From assembly GCA_963785465.1 (NCBI GenBank), contig CAWAVM010000004.1:9908-73907 (forward strand): a stretch of 64,000 nt of DNA, read 5' to 3'. Both the position numbers and the translations under genes were made by a program. The notes under the pieces were generated by a model that did not search any database, was not told where the DNA came from, and worked only from the letters and a program-made list of their open reading frames with translations. The stretch is from an uncultured Chloroflexia bacterium. Lineage in GTDB: Bacteria > Chloroflexota > Chloroflexia > Thermomicrobiales > Thermomicrobiaceae. Positions 10,009-19,847 of the stretch are shown piece after piece (positions within the stretch are counted from its first letter, which is position 1; each line of letters opens with the position of its first letter).

Positions 10009-10044
10009 GTGAATAATTACTCACTATTGATATGACGTATCAAT
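10009..10044 (+). promoter_or_regulatory. two adjacent palindromes, candidate ArsR/SmtB operators
   Basis: GTGAATAATTACTCAC (10009-10024) is a 14/16 palindrome. ATTGATA-TGACG-TATCAAT (10026-10044) has perfect 7-bp arms. Both lie between the -10 and the ATG. Confidence 0.45.
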
Positions 10045-10063
10045 ACGGAATCAAGGATCGTCG

Positions 10064-10480
10064 ATGGCACGACCGAGCAAAGCCGAACAACTTCGACGCC
10101 GAGGGACAACCGACTCGGTCTGCGAGGAGCAGATCGTTCACGTGGACGCGGTCCGCGCGGTGCGTGCCTCGATGCCGACACCATCGGATATCGGCGTAAC
10201 GAGTGGCCTGTTTACGGCCCTTGGTGACCCAACGCGACTCCGGCTAATGATGGCTCTCGCGACCCATCCACTCTGTGTTTGCGATCTGGCGGCCGCGCTC
10301 GGTCTGAGTCAGTCAGCAGTGTCACACCAACTGCGGGTGTTACGGCAACACGGACTGGTCAAATCGGAGCGCGATGGCCGACGAGTCTACTACGATCTCG
10401 ATGACGATCACGTGGCGACGCTGGTAAGTCAGGCGCTGGCACACGGACAACACACCGGGGAGAAGGGCATCGATGATTGA
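10064..10480 (+). CDS. ArsR/SmtB-family metalloregulator
   Basis: LCVCDLAAALGLSQSAVSHQLRVLRQHGLV (the CVC metal site and HTH signature). It overlaps the ATPase start by 8 nt. Confidence 0.85.
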   Translation: MARPSKAEQLRRRGTTDSVCEEQIVHVDAVRAVRASMPTPSDIGVTSGLFTALGDPTRLRLMMALATHPLCVCDLAAALGLSQSAVSHQLRVLRQHGLVKSERDGRRVYYDLDDDHVATLVSQALAHGQHTGEKGIDD

Positions 10481-12846
10481 TGTCAAAGAGCTCAATCTAC
10501 CTCAACTGCTTCCTCCCGAGTCTGCTTCATGCAGCCACTGCTTGACGCGTCTCAGTGACCTGCTGGCGGCGACCAGCGGGATTACCGAGGCAGATGTCAA
10601 TCAGTCCACTGGCGTCGCGAAGATCCACTACGACCCGAACGTCATCTCGCTGACGAGACTCGAGGACTTGGTGCAGCGTGAGGGCATACGACTAGGCGAG
10701 GCCTACGCTCACCGAGAAGTGCCGGTCGAAGGTATGGACTGCGCCGATTGCGCCATGACGCTTGAACGTGGCGTGGGACGACTGCAGGGCGTCACCTGGG
10801 TTTCGATCAACTTCGCTGGCGCCCGGATGTCCCTCGAATATGAGTCGCACCAGACCAACATGAATGCGGTCTCCAAACGTGTTCAGTCGCTCGGGTATCG
10901 CATTGGCGAGACGGGCACGATAGCGGCCAGGCTCGAGCAGGGATTGATTCGCGGTTTCGTCTCACGGCGGGCCAATCAAATCACACTCATCGCCGGTAGT
11001 CTCACCGCCATCGGGGGCGTACTCGAACTGCCGTCGGTTCCGGTCCTGGCGACGACTATCATGTTTGCGCTGGCGATCCTTATAGCCGGCGTTCCGATCG
11101 CGCGAAAAGCATTCGCTTCCGTACGCGCAACACATCAGATCGACATTAACACGCTGATGGTCATCGCAATCGTCGGCGCCGCGATCATTGGCGCCTGGTT
11201 TGAAGCCGCCATGGTCGCCGTGCTCTTCTCGCTCGGCGAAGCGCTCGAGGGCTACAGCATGGATCGCGCGCGGCAGTCGATTCGCTCGCTCCTGTCGCTG
11301 GCGCCTCCGGAGGCAGTTGTACGCCGCGATGAACACGATTATCGACTGCCGGTGGCGGAGATCAGTGTCGGGGACGTCATGATCGTGCGCCCGGGAGAGC
11401 GCTTCCCACTCGACGGTGTGATTCAGCACGGCAGTTCCGCCGTCAATCAGGCGCCGATTACCGGTGAGAGCGTGCCGGTGGAAAAGTCGTGCGGAGACGA
11501 TGTCTTTGCCGGAACAATCAACGGCACCGGAGTGCTGGAGGTGCGCACCACGCGGCGAGTCGGTGACTCGACTATAGCGCGCATCATCCGCATGGTCGAA
11601 AACGCACAGGCGCAGAAAGCGCCATCGCAGCGCTTCGTCGACGTATTCGCTCGCTATTACACCCCGTCGGTCGTCCTGCTGGCGATGGTCGTCGCCGTCG
11701 CACCTCCACTTCTCATAGGCAGCTCCTGGATCACCTGGTTCTATCGTGCTCTCGTCCTGCTGGTAGTCGCCTGTCCCTGCGCTCTGGTCATCTCGACACC
11801 GGTCTCGATCGTTTCAGCGATCTCAGCTGCTGCCAAGAATGGGGTACTGATCAAAGGTGGAGCCTATCTGGAAGTCGGCTGGTTCGCTACGAGCCCTCGC
11901 CTTCGACAAGACCGGCACACTGACCTACGGAGAACCGGCCGTCACCTCAGTCGTTCCATTCAACGGCTGGTCGGAGGACGAAATTCTGGGCGTCGCCGCC
12001 GCGGCCGAACGCTATTCGGAACATCCGCTCGGAGCAGCAATCGTTCGAGCGGCCCACGAACGTCAGCTCAGCCAATCGCAGACGGTGGAGAACGCGACCT
12101 CGCAGACAGGCCAAGGCGTACAGGCAGTGGTGGACTCCCGTACGGTTCGTGTCGGCACACGACACTACGCGCTGAATGGCAACGCTACACCGGGCATCGA
12201 CGAGCAGATCGCGGCGCTTGAACAGCAAGGCCAGACGGTCGTGTTACTCACGGTCGATAGTGTCGCGGTCGGAATGATCGGCATGGCGGATTCGGTGCGA
12301 CGTGAAGCGCAAGGGGCTCTCGCGGCGATCAAACGTGCCGGAATTCACCATACCGTCATGCTTACGGGGGACCGCGAGGCGGTAGCGCACGCGATTGCCG
12401 AACAGATCGGAATCGATGAGGTTGAGTCGGAGCTCTTACCGGAACATAAGGTGGACGCGATCAAGCGCCTGCTGAAGCGTTACGGCTCAGTCGGTATGGT
12501 CGGAGACGGCATCAACGACGCCCCAGCGCTGGCCCTCTCGACCGTCGGTATCGCCATGGGTGCGGTGGGAACCGATACCGCACTGGAAACAGCCGATATC
12601 GCGCTAATGCGTGACGATCTTTCGGCCGTTGAATACACGATACGACTTTCACGCTCGACGAAACGAATCATAGGCATAAACATTGGACTGGCGCTGGCGA
12701 TCAAGCTCCTGTTCCTGACTCTCGCGGTAGTCGGTCTGGCAACGCTCTGGCTGGCTGTCTTCGCCGACGTCGGCGCATCCCTTATCGTCATTGCAAACGG
12801 TATGCGGCTCCTGCGGTTTCGTGCTCCAAGTCACGTGGAAGCGTAA
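10473..12846 (+). pseudogene. heavy-metal (Zn/Cd/Pb-type) P1B ATPase, reading frame broken by one extra nucleotide near 11871-11880
   Basis: The upstream ORF carries an HMA CxxC (MDCADCA), TGES and CPC. The downstream frame (+1) carries DKTGTLT, MLTGD and GDGINDAP. The junction reads GGAYLE / AGSLRALAFDKTGTLT. Length minus 1 nt gives 791 codons. Confidence 0.85.
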
Positions 12847-12868
12847 TAGCGACGCCAGGAGCAACCAT

Positions 12869-13060
12869 GGCGGGCACAGGTCCCGCCACTACTCTTGGTG
12901 GCGATTGGCATGCCGGTTGGGCTATGGAGGACGGTACAAGCCCCGCCACTACTCTCGTTGGCGATTGGCATGCCGGTTGGGCTATGGAGGCGGGCACAGG
13001 CCCCGCCACTACTTTCTGGTTTGTAAGTTCGGCAATGTAGTGGCGGGACCTGTGCCCGCC
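12869..13060. repeat. 60-bp tandem repeat (about 2.4 units) ending in an inverted copy of its 24-nt core
   Basis: The core GGCGGGCACAGGTCCCGCCACTAC occurs at 12869, 12929 (degenerate) and 12989, and as a reverse complement at 13037-13060. The 36-nt inter-core segments are near-identical. Confidence 0.9.
12989..13060. terminator. long hairpin (24-bp stem, 1 mismatch, 24-nt loop), possible bidirectional terminator
   Basis: 12989-13012 pairs with 13037-13060. It lies between the convergent ATPase (+) and deacetylase (-) genes. No obvious U-tract. Confidence 0.4.
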
Positions 13061-13112
13061 AAGGCTTCTGTCACCACACACCCAATCACTATCGCCGTAA
13101 CTCGCTCACCGC

Positions 13113-13919
13113 TCAGCCGCTCGATTTCTCCCCCAAGGCCCAGTCGGCGAGCTCCCCACACGTAGCCACCCAAAGCCTGGGATGCTCCTGGAACGATTGG
13201 AGAAGCGGTTCGAGCGCTCGTACCCGCAGACCACGCCCGGAGCCGTAATCGCCGCGCGGATGAATGCCCAGTGTGAAAAGGCCTCCGATTCCGTAGGTGG
13301 CGTCGAACTCATCCAGGAATGATTCAGTCAGCGTCCGCGAGGGGCGATATCGTTCGTAGTATTGTCTGTCAATCCAGGGTTCGTGGATCGGTAATTCGGC
13401 AAGACGGTGGCCGTTTTCGAATCCAACGACATAGGGGCGATCATCGTCGCAATAGCTGCTGTCGTAGCGAAAGCCTCGCGACGCAAGCAACTCGCGGGTG
13501 TCGCGAGACAGCAATCGATCAGGCGCGCGAAATCCCAATGACTTCGAACCAAATATCCTGTTGAGAATTTCTTCGCTCCGCTCGAGCACCGCCCGTTGAT
13601 CATCGGTCGACAGATTGGAAAAATCCTCGTGAAGGTAGCCGGAGGAGGCAATCTCATGTCCGCCTCGAACAATGGCTTCCATCGCGTCAGGATAGCGCTG
13701 AGCATCCCAACCTGCGATGAAGAACGTCGCCTTTACCTCGTACCGGGCGAAAAGATCGAGCAGGTTATAGACGCCCTGCTGCGCGCCATAACGCCCGTGT
13801 GAATACCGTCCCCAAAGCGGCAACTCCATCGTGCCGTGCTCGACACTTTCACCGCAAAAGTTGACCGTGATCGCAGCCGCGGCCTGAATTCCCTCCGGCC
13901 AACTGAACGTGTCGCTCAT
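13113..13919 (-). CDS. polysaccharide deacetylase (NodB-homology) family protein
   Basis: FFIAGW...GHEIASSGYLHE NodB-type blocks. The start ATG at 13919 overlaps the upstream stop as ATGA. The longer track ORF (to 13994) was rejected. Confidence 0.75.
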   Translation of the reverse strand: MSDTFSWPEGIQAAAAITVNFCGESVEHGTMELPLWGRYSHGRYGAQQGVYNLLDLFARYEVKATFFIAGWDAQRYPDAMEAIVRGGHEIASSGYLHEDFSNLSTDDQRAVLERSEEILNRIFGSKSLGFRAPDRLLSRDTRELLASRGFRYDSSYCDDDRPYVVGFENGHRLAELPIHEPWIDRQYYERYRPSRTLTESFLDEFDATYGIGGLFTLGIHPRGDYGSGRGLRVRALEPLLQSFQEHPRLWVATCGELADWALGEKSSG

Positions 13920-14752
13920 CGCCGGCCTCCGATCGGCGTAGCGGGATCCATGAATCCGTGCGCCGGATCGAGACACCAAGCCGCCAAATCGCACATGCGA
14001 ATGAACTGGACGTCGGGATAGCGTTTGATGTGCGAGATAAGTCGATCCAGTACACGAGCCCGGGCCGGCAGACCCGATCCTCGACCGGCACGCGGGTGGG
14101 AGGTGACGATAAAGTAACCGGCCGTATGATAGAGCGCGTCGAACTCCTCTTTCCAGGCATCGAGAACTTCGGTCGTATTCATCACACCGGTGCGATACAT
14201 ATAGTCATCATCGAGTGTCGAGGTGATGTTCGGTATCTCGACCATCTCTCGCGACGGCTCGCCACGGACTACCGCCGGATACGGCCCGTCAAAGTCCTTG
14301 TCGCTCGAATCGTAGACGTAGCCCAAGTCGCGCAGCACGGCGAGCGTCTGGGCGCTCTTCTGACCACCTGGACTACGCCAGCCGACCGGCGGTGTTCCGG
14401 CGATGTCGGTAATGATCCGGTGCGCCTTGCGCAGCAGATGGTCCTCTTCCTCGAGTGATACGTCCCAGCTCTCGTGCAGGTAGCCGTGCGCCGCCACCTC
14501 GTGCCCTTCGGCTACGATCCGCCGCACGAGATCCGGATTCTGCTCGGCGTCATAGCCGCCAAAGAATACGGTCACCGGAATTTGATGTCGTGCGAAGATA
14601 TCGAGAAAGCGGGGGATACCCCGGCGCGTAGAGTAGCCGCCAAACGAATTGGCGCCGTCAGGATCGAGCCCCTTGCCGACCTCGTTGCCGGTCGCGTCCG
14701 AATCGACCGTGATCATGACGACGCAGCGTGCCCCGTTCGGCCATTGTTTCAT
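13916..14752 (-). CDS. polysaccharide deacetylase (NodB-homology) family protein, paralog
   Basis: VTVFFGGYD...GHEVAAHGYLHE. The start overlaps the M20 stop as ATGA (14749-14752). Confidence 0.8.
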   Translation of the reverse strand: MKQWPNGARCVVMITVDSDATGNEVGKGLDPDGANSFGGYSTRRGIPRFLDIFARHQIPVTVFFGGYDAEQNPDLVRRIVAEGHEVAAHGYLHESWDVSLEEEDHLLRKAHRIITDIAGTPPVGWRSPGGQKSAQTLAVLRDLGYVYDSSDKDFDGPYPAVVRGEPSREMVEIPNITSTLDDDYMYRTGVMNTTEVLDAWKEEFDALYHTAGYFIVTSHPRAGRGSGLPARARVLDRLISHIKRYPDVQFIRMCDLAAWCLDPAHGFMDPATPIGGRR

Positions 14753-15912
14753 TCTGCCTCCGACAATCTGGGTAGTCCGCTGATAATCCCTGCGAGAATC
14801 GCGGCACGACGAGGCAGCGACTCAATCAGAACATGCTCGGTACGGCCGGAATCACCTGAACTCTCGGGGCCGAGCCCGTCGAGTGTCGGCACACCGAGCG
14901 CACCAGTGAAATTGCCGTCCGAGCCAGAGCGCACGTAGATTCCATCGAACGTCTGTCCCAGGACCGCGCCGCATTCACGGGCCAGTTTCAGCATGCGACG
15001 CGAGGTCGGCGACGACTCGTATGCCGGCCGGGTAATGCCGCCGGTCATGATCGTGCGAGTTCCCTCAACCGTCGTTCGGCTGGCAATCTCTCTGACGTGT
15101 TGGACGAGCGTATTCGCTGATTTCACGTCAGGGGCGCGAAGATCAATGCTTATTCGCACTTTGTCCGGCAGGATCTGGCGGGCAGTGCCACCGTCAATCA
15201 ACCCGACGCTCACCAGAATGCCTTCGTCCACATCCGTCAGCGCTTCAAGTGCCAGGATCTTATGCGCCGCTTCGACGATGGCGCTCGCTCCCAGATGCCG
15301 CGACGTCGCATGCACGGCGACTCCCAGAATCTCGAAGTACACGGCGCCGACCATACCCCGGCTCACCACCATGGCACCGTTATCACGTGCAGGTTCCATC
15401 ACCAGCGACCAATCGGCCTCGCGCGCCTCTTTCTCGATCCACTGCCGGCCTCGAGGACTGCCCAGTTCTTCGTCACCGGTCATGAAGACAGTCATCTTGG
15501 CGAGCCCATCCCAACCCGCCTCGCGCAGCGCACGCAACGCCCAGAGCAGGACGACCCAGCCACCCTTCATGTCGCGAGTCGCGGGGCCGTAAACCTTGCC
15601 ATCCTCCACACGAAATGGATTCGCCTCCAGTGAGCCGCGCGGCCAGAGAGTATCGAGATGAATCAGCGCCAGCGCTCGTCCGGTTCCCGCACCCGAGCGA
15701 CGCGCGATCAAATGGTCGCCGCAGCCCATCTCGGGGATGCGTTCTATGTCGAACCCGAGCTCGGTGAACGCCTCACTGACCACATAGCCGACCCGATCAA
15801 CCCCTTCTTTCTCACGCGAGCCGCTTTCGATCTTTACGTAGCGGCCAAGCTCGGCAACCATGTCGGCCTCATGGCTCTTGAGGTACTGGTGGAACTTCAG
15901 CACGTCGGGCAT
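14749..15912 (-). CDS. M20-family metallopeptidase (carboxypeptidase G2-like)
   Basis: GPATRDMKGG and TGDEELGS motifs. The ATG at 15912 has GGAGGA 5 nt upstream. The N-terminal 88 aa of the track ORF overlap the ACAD gene and were rejected. Confidence 0.8.
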   Translation of the reverse strand: MPDVLKFHQYLKSHEADMVAELGRYVKIESGSREKEGVDRVGYVVSEAFTELGFDIERIPEMGCGDHLIARRSGAGTGRALALIHLDTLWPRGSLEANPFRVEDGKVYGPATRDMKGGWVVLLWALRALREAGWDGLAKMTVFMTGDEELGSPRGRQWIEKEAREADWSLVMEPARDNGAMVVSRGMVGAVYFEILGVAVHATSRHLGASAIVEAAHKILALEALTDVDEGILVSVGLIDGGTARQILPDKVRISIDLRAPDVKSANTLVQHVREIASRTTVEGTRTIMTGGITRPAYESSPTSRRMLKLARECGAVLGQTFDGIYVRSGSDGNFTGALGVPTLDGLGPESSGDSGRTEHVLIESLPRRAAILAGIISGLPRLSEAE

Positions 15913-15928
15913 CGATCCTCCTACGACG

Positions 15929-17179
15929 TCAAAGCGTCGCGTCGAGCTTGACTGGCTGCCCCGCATTCTCCGGTCCCGATGATCCCAGTGCGTCCCACGA
16001 CTGACGCCCGATCTTCGGTCCGTATTTCTGTTTCGAGTGGAACTCGCCACCAAGATCGGCGTCCGCCACCATGCGCAGGACGGCAGACTCGCGGAAATGA
16101 AGCGAGAAGGTACGAACGTCACGGAAGGCGCGTTCGATCGGCAAGTGCCGGAATGCTGCCCGGGCGCCACAGACATCGAACGCCTTGGAGGTCACCATGA
16201 GTGCAGTCTGCTTTGACGTGTGCAGAACGCGCATCGACGCCAGTTCAGCCTCATCGTAGCGGCCTTGCTCCCAGAGCCAGGCGGCGTACCACATCGAAGT
16301 GCGCGTCGCCTGCAAGGCAGCGTCCATCTCCCCCATGTTGTAGGCGATGACGTCGTCATTCATGAGGAACGGCCGCTGTTTGAGGTAGTCGAGCAAAAAG
16401 TCGAACACGCCCTGCGCTGTGCCGAGATGATTGGCACAGTAGGCGAGCGTGAAGGTGCGAGGATCATGCTGCACCCAATCGCCCGGCTGGCCGAGCACAT
16501 TCTCCCAGGGAATGAAGACGTCTTTGAGGACCAGGCTCCAGCTGATGGTGGCCCGCATTCCCATGACGTCCCAGTTGTTTTCCAGAGAGACGCCGGGATC
16601 ATTCTTGGATACGACCAGCGTTGTGTAGCCCTCGGCCATTGTCCTGCTGCCCGGTGCCATGACATAGACGACATAGTAGTCGGCCGCGGGTGACAGAGAG
16701 GCGAAGTGCTTGGTCGCATTGAGTCTGAATCCGCCATCGACGCCTACCAGTTCGGCGCGCGCTGTGCTGGAAGCCGCCTGTTGCGGGTTCGTCTCGCTGC
16801 CGCAGGAGGCGATCAAAGCGCCGCGTGAAACGATTTCGCCGAGATAGCGACGCTTCTGCTCCTCGTTGCCCAGGTAGGCAATGATTCCGGAGGCATGACA
16901 CTGAATCTGGACCAACTGTCCAGTTGAAGCGCTACCAGAGGCGAGCGCTTCGAGAATCATGTACATCGGTAGGAACCGGTTGCCCTGCCACATCCCATAG
17001 CCACCAAGCTCCTCGGGAACGGTCAGCTTGAGGAATCCCTCCTCACGGAGCTTCTCGAAGTCCTTCTCCGGGAAGGACGCACTATCGTCATATTCCCGCG
17101 CACGGATAGCGAATTCCTTGGACAGCTCTTTGGCTCGATCGACCAGTATCTGATCCTGTGGCGCGAGCGCAAAATCCAT
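15929..17179 (-). CDS. acyl-CoA dehydrogenase-family protein
   Basis: 416 aa with ACAD N, middle and C-terminal domain patterns (EELGG..., CGSETNP..., FRDVRTFSLH). Confidence 0.8.
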   Translation of the reverse strand: MDFALAPQDQILVDRAKELSKEFAIRAREYDDSASFPEKDFEKLREEGFLKLTVPEELGGYGMWQGNRFLPMYMILEALASGSASTGQLVQIQCHASGIIAYLGNEEQKRRYLGEIVSRGALIASCGSETNPQQAASSTARAELVGVDGGFRLNATKHFASLSPAADYYVVYVMAPGSRTMAEGYTTLVVSKNDPGVSLENNWDVMGMRATISWSLVLKDVFIPWENVLGQPGDWVQHDPRTFTLAYCANHLGTAQGVFDFLLDYLKQRPFLMNDDVIAYNMGEMDAALQATRTSMWYAAWLWEQGRYDEAELASMRVLHTSKQTALMVTSKAFDVCGARAAFRHLPIERAFRDVRTFSLHFRESAVLRMVADADLGGEFHSKQKYGPKIGRQSWDALGSSGPENAGQPVKLDATL

Positions 17180-17493
17180 GTGCCGCCTTCCTTCCCTCAG
17201 TCTGTTCGATGTGATCAGATCATTCCGAGCGGATTGCCAGACTGCGTTGGATGTCCATCATCTTCTGCTGAAGACGCGCTGGCTGCTAAGCGTCCAGTCG
17301 GATTCGATGTGGCGGCGTTGCGACATCTCGCGGCAAAGCCATCCCAAGCTCGTCTGTTTGCATGCCTGCAGGATACGAGACAATGCGACGTTGAGCAATT
17401 GCAGCCCTCCGCCGCTTGCCAGAGCCAGCGAGAATGCGATGATAGGCGAATAGCTGAACGAAGAATGCTCAACCACCTGACATGGAGGCGACC

Positions 17494-18645
17494 ATGGACT
17501 ACGAGAAACGGCTGGCCAACTTCCGCCAGCGAATGGAAGAAGCCGGCGTTGACCTTGTTTATCTCACTCGCGGCGCCAACCTATTTTATTTGGCTGGCGT
17601 TGGTCGGCAATACGACCACGGAACCGACCACAATGCTTACGGCGACTGGGCTTGCGGCGCGTACATCGGCCGCAAACGCGGATTCACCCTGATCGCCCCG
17701 CGAATGGGGGGCTCATTCTACGTCAACGAGGCTGAGGGAAAGCCCTGGATCGAGCAGGTGCGGCTGATCCAGGAATCAGAAACACCGCTCGCCGTGATGA
17801 CCGAGACGGTCGGCAGTTTCGGAAATATCGATCACGTGGCGCTTGACGAGCGGACCTGGGCACGCACCAGCGGCACGCTTGACGTGTTGTTGCCCAGCGC
17901 GCGATTCTCTCTCGTCTCCGACCTGATCAATCCCATGAAGATGATCAAGGACGCCGACGAGATCACCGCTATGCGACGCGCCTCGGAACTCGCCGATCGA
18001 GTCTTCGATCTGGTGATTCCCAAGCTTAAATCAGGCGTCAGCGAACTCGAGATCACGACCGAAGTCGACTATCAGTTTCTGAAAAACGGTGCGGAATTCA
18101 CTTCATTCCCGACCGGCGTATACATCATCGGACCGGACTCGGAAGGTGCCTGGCCTGGAGAATCGCACGGCGGGGGACGTCGCCTGCGACCGGGCGACTC
18201 GCTGATGTTCGATTTCGGCTGCGTGCTCGACGGATATTGCTCCGACTTCGGCCGCTCGGTCTTTGTCGGCGAGCCGCCCGCGGAGTACCGCCGCATCCAT
18301 GAAACGGTGCTTCAAGCCCAACGCGTCGCCATCGACGCAATGAAATCTGGCCAGATCAGCACCAGCGAGCTGAATGCGAAAGCCCGCAAGGTCATAGCCG
18401 ACGCCGGGTACGACGAAGGTTTCACCCATCGGCTCGGCCACGCGATCGGCGTCACCGTCCATGAGCCGCCTTTCCTTGACGTGATGGATCACACGGTGTT
18501 GCAGTCCGGCATGATGTTCACCATCGAGCCGAGCGTGATGCTACGGGGCAAATACGGCAACCGGGTCGAGGATGTGGTCATGGTGACGGAGCAGGGCGGC
18601 GAGGTGCTGAACAAAGCGCGACACGACCTGACCGTCGTCGAATAG
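17494..18645 (+). CDS. M24-family peptidase (Xaa-Pro dipeptidase/creatinase-like)
   Basis: It has a creatinase-like N-domain and a pita-bread domain (DFGCVLDGYCSDFGR, HRLGHAIG, MFTIEPS, VEDVV). The ATG at 17494 follows GGAGG by 5 nt; the track start is 17482. Confidence 0.8.
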   Translation: MDYEKRLANFRQRMEEAGVDLVYLTRGANLFYLAGVGRQYDHGTDHNAYGDWACGAYIGRKRGFTLIAPRMGGSFYVNEAEGKPWIEQVRLIQESETPLAVMTETVGSFGNIDHVALDERTWARTSGTLDVLLPSARFSLVSDLINPMKMIKDADEITAMRRASELADRVFDLVIPKLKSGVSELEITTEVDYQFLKNGAEFTSFPTGVYIIGPDSEGAWPGESHGGGRRLRPGDSLMFDFGCVLDGYCSDFGRSVFVGEPPAEYRRIHETVLQAQRVAIDAMKSGQISTSELNAKARKVIADAGYDEGFTHRLGHAIGVTVHEPPFLDVMDHTVLQSGMMFTIEPSVMLRGKYGNRVEDVVMVTEQGGEVLNKARHDLTVVE

Positions 18646-18661
18646 CAAAGAAGGAGAAAGC

Positions 18662-19654
18662 ATGGCGCGACATCCGTGGGTAGCCAAGGCAGACGAAGGT
18701 GTGCGCTTCGGCGTGCAGGTAGGGGCGATCAGGCGACGGACGGCCCTCTTCCGCTGGGAACTACGGGAACAGCCGATGAAGATCCTGATGGAGGCAGGGC
18801 GTCTGATCGAGTCGCTCGGCTTCGACGGACTCTTCATCCACGATCACCCGATGCTCAGTCCAGATCCGTGGATCTGCCTGCCGGCGCTGGCGGTTGCGAC
18901 CGAGCGAGTCATGCTTGGTTCGGTGGTGAACTGCGTCTATTACCGGCATCCGGCGCACCTGGCGCGTATGGCTACCGACCTTGATCAACTCAGCGACGGT
19001 CGGCTGATGATCGGGATTGGCAGTGGTTGGTCGAAGCCGGAGTTTCTCTGCTTCGACAAGCCCTTCCGCACCGATGTCGAACGTCTCACGGGGGTCGAGG
19101 AGACGGTCAAGATCCTGGAAGGTGTTTGGGGTTCAGAGCCGTTCGCCTTCGAGGGTGAACATTTTCAGACACGGAACATGCGGCTGGTGCCGGGCCCGGT
19201 GCAGCAACCGAGACCTCCGATCATGATCGCAGGAGTCGGTGAGAAAGTGACGCTTCGTCAGGTCGCCCGCTACGCTGACGCCTGCAACCTCGACGAATCG
19301 AAGCTGCCCGACGCGCCGCGCGACATCCCAAGGAAAATCGCCGCCATCGAGCGGCATTGCGAGGCCATCGGCCGCGATCCTAACGAGATCCTGCGCACGC
19401 ATTTCGTCGGCTGGCTGATGGTTGCGCCGACAGAGGCGGAAGTGCAGGCAAAGGTCGCACGCTACTTCCCCGACGGCGTGCCTCCCGCCTTCAACAACTT
19501 CATCATGCCCGGGACGCCGGAGCAGATCACCGAGTGGTATCAGCAGCGGGCCGACGCCGGGATTCAGTACTTCGTTGTGCAGATGCTCGACGGAACCGAC
19601 CACGAGTCACTACAACTCCTGGCCAACGAGGTCGCACCGAATGTCCGTGTTTGA
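18662..19654 (+). CDS. LLM-class flavin/F420-dependent oxidoreductase
   Basis: IHDHP and RLMIGIGSGW blocks, with AAGGAG upstream of the ATG. It starts 16 nt after the M24 stop. Confidence 0.75.
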   Translation: MARHPWVAKADEGVRFGVQVGAIRRRTALFRWELREQPMKILMEAGRLIESLGFDGLFIHDHPMLSPDPWICLPALAVATERVMLGSVVNCVYYRHPAHLARMATDLDQLSDGRLMIGIGSGWSKPEFLCFDKPFRTDVERLTGVEETVKILEGVWGSEPFAFEGEHFQTRNMRLVPGPVQQPRPPIMIAGVGEKVTLRQVARYADACNLDESKLPDAPRDIPRKIAAIERHCEAIGRDPNEILRTHFVGWLMVAPTEAEVQAKVARYFPDGVPPAFNNFIMPGTPEQITEWYQQRADAGIQYFVVQMLDGTDHESLQLLANEVAPNVRV

Positions 19655-19847
19655 CGAAGAATCTAACGTTCGAACCAAGGTAGTGGCGGGCGTCTCTGCC
19701 CGCCAGCGGGCCGTCAGGCCCGTCACTGGCCACGAGGCGCTACAACCGCTCGCCGAACAGGTAATGCCGAGCGGCAATCGAACGTAGTGTTTCAACTGAA
19801 CGTAGGGATGGATCAATAGCCTCTGACCGTGAAAGGGGACGACAACC

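Noticed and set aside
12869-13060. Possible small CRISPR array (24-nt repeat with 36-nt spacing).
   Set aside because: The 'spacers' between repeat cores are near-identical to each other. One core is degenerate and the last copy is inverted. No cas genes are present. This is a tandem/inverted repeat, not a CRISPR array.
15913-16176. Long N-terminal extensions in the track ORFs (14749..16176, 13113..13994, 46187..47137, 49667..50665, 27556..28278, 62681..63160).
   Set aside because: The extensions overlap upstream genes or are not protein-like. In five of the six cases an internal ATG with a good Shine-Dalgarno and a family-typical N-terminus is available; at crcB (ATG 62780) the internal start rests on the family-typical N-terminus, because its RBS is distant (about 15 nt).
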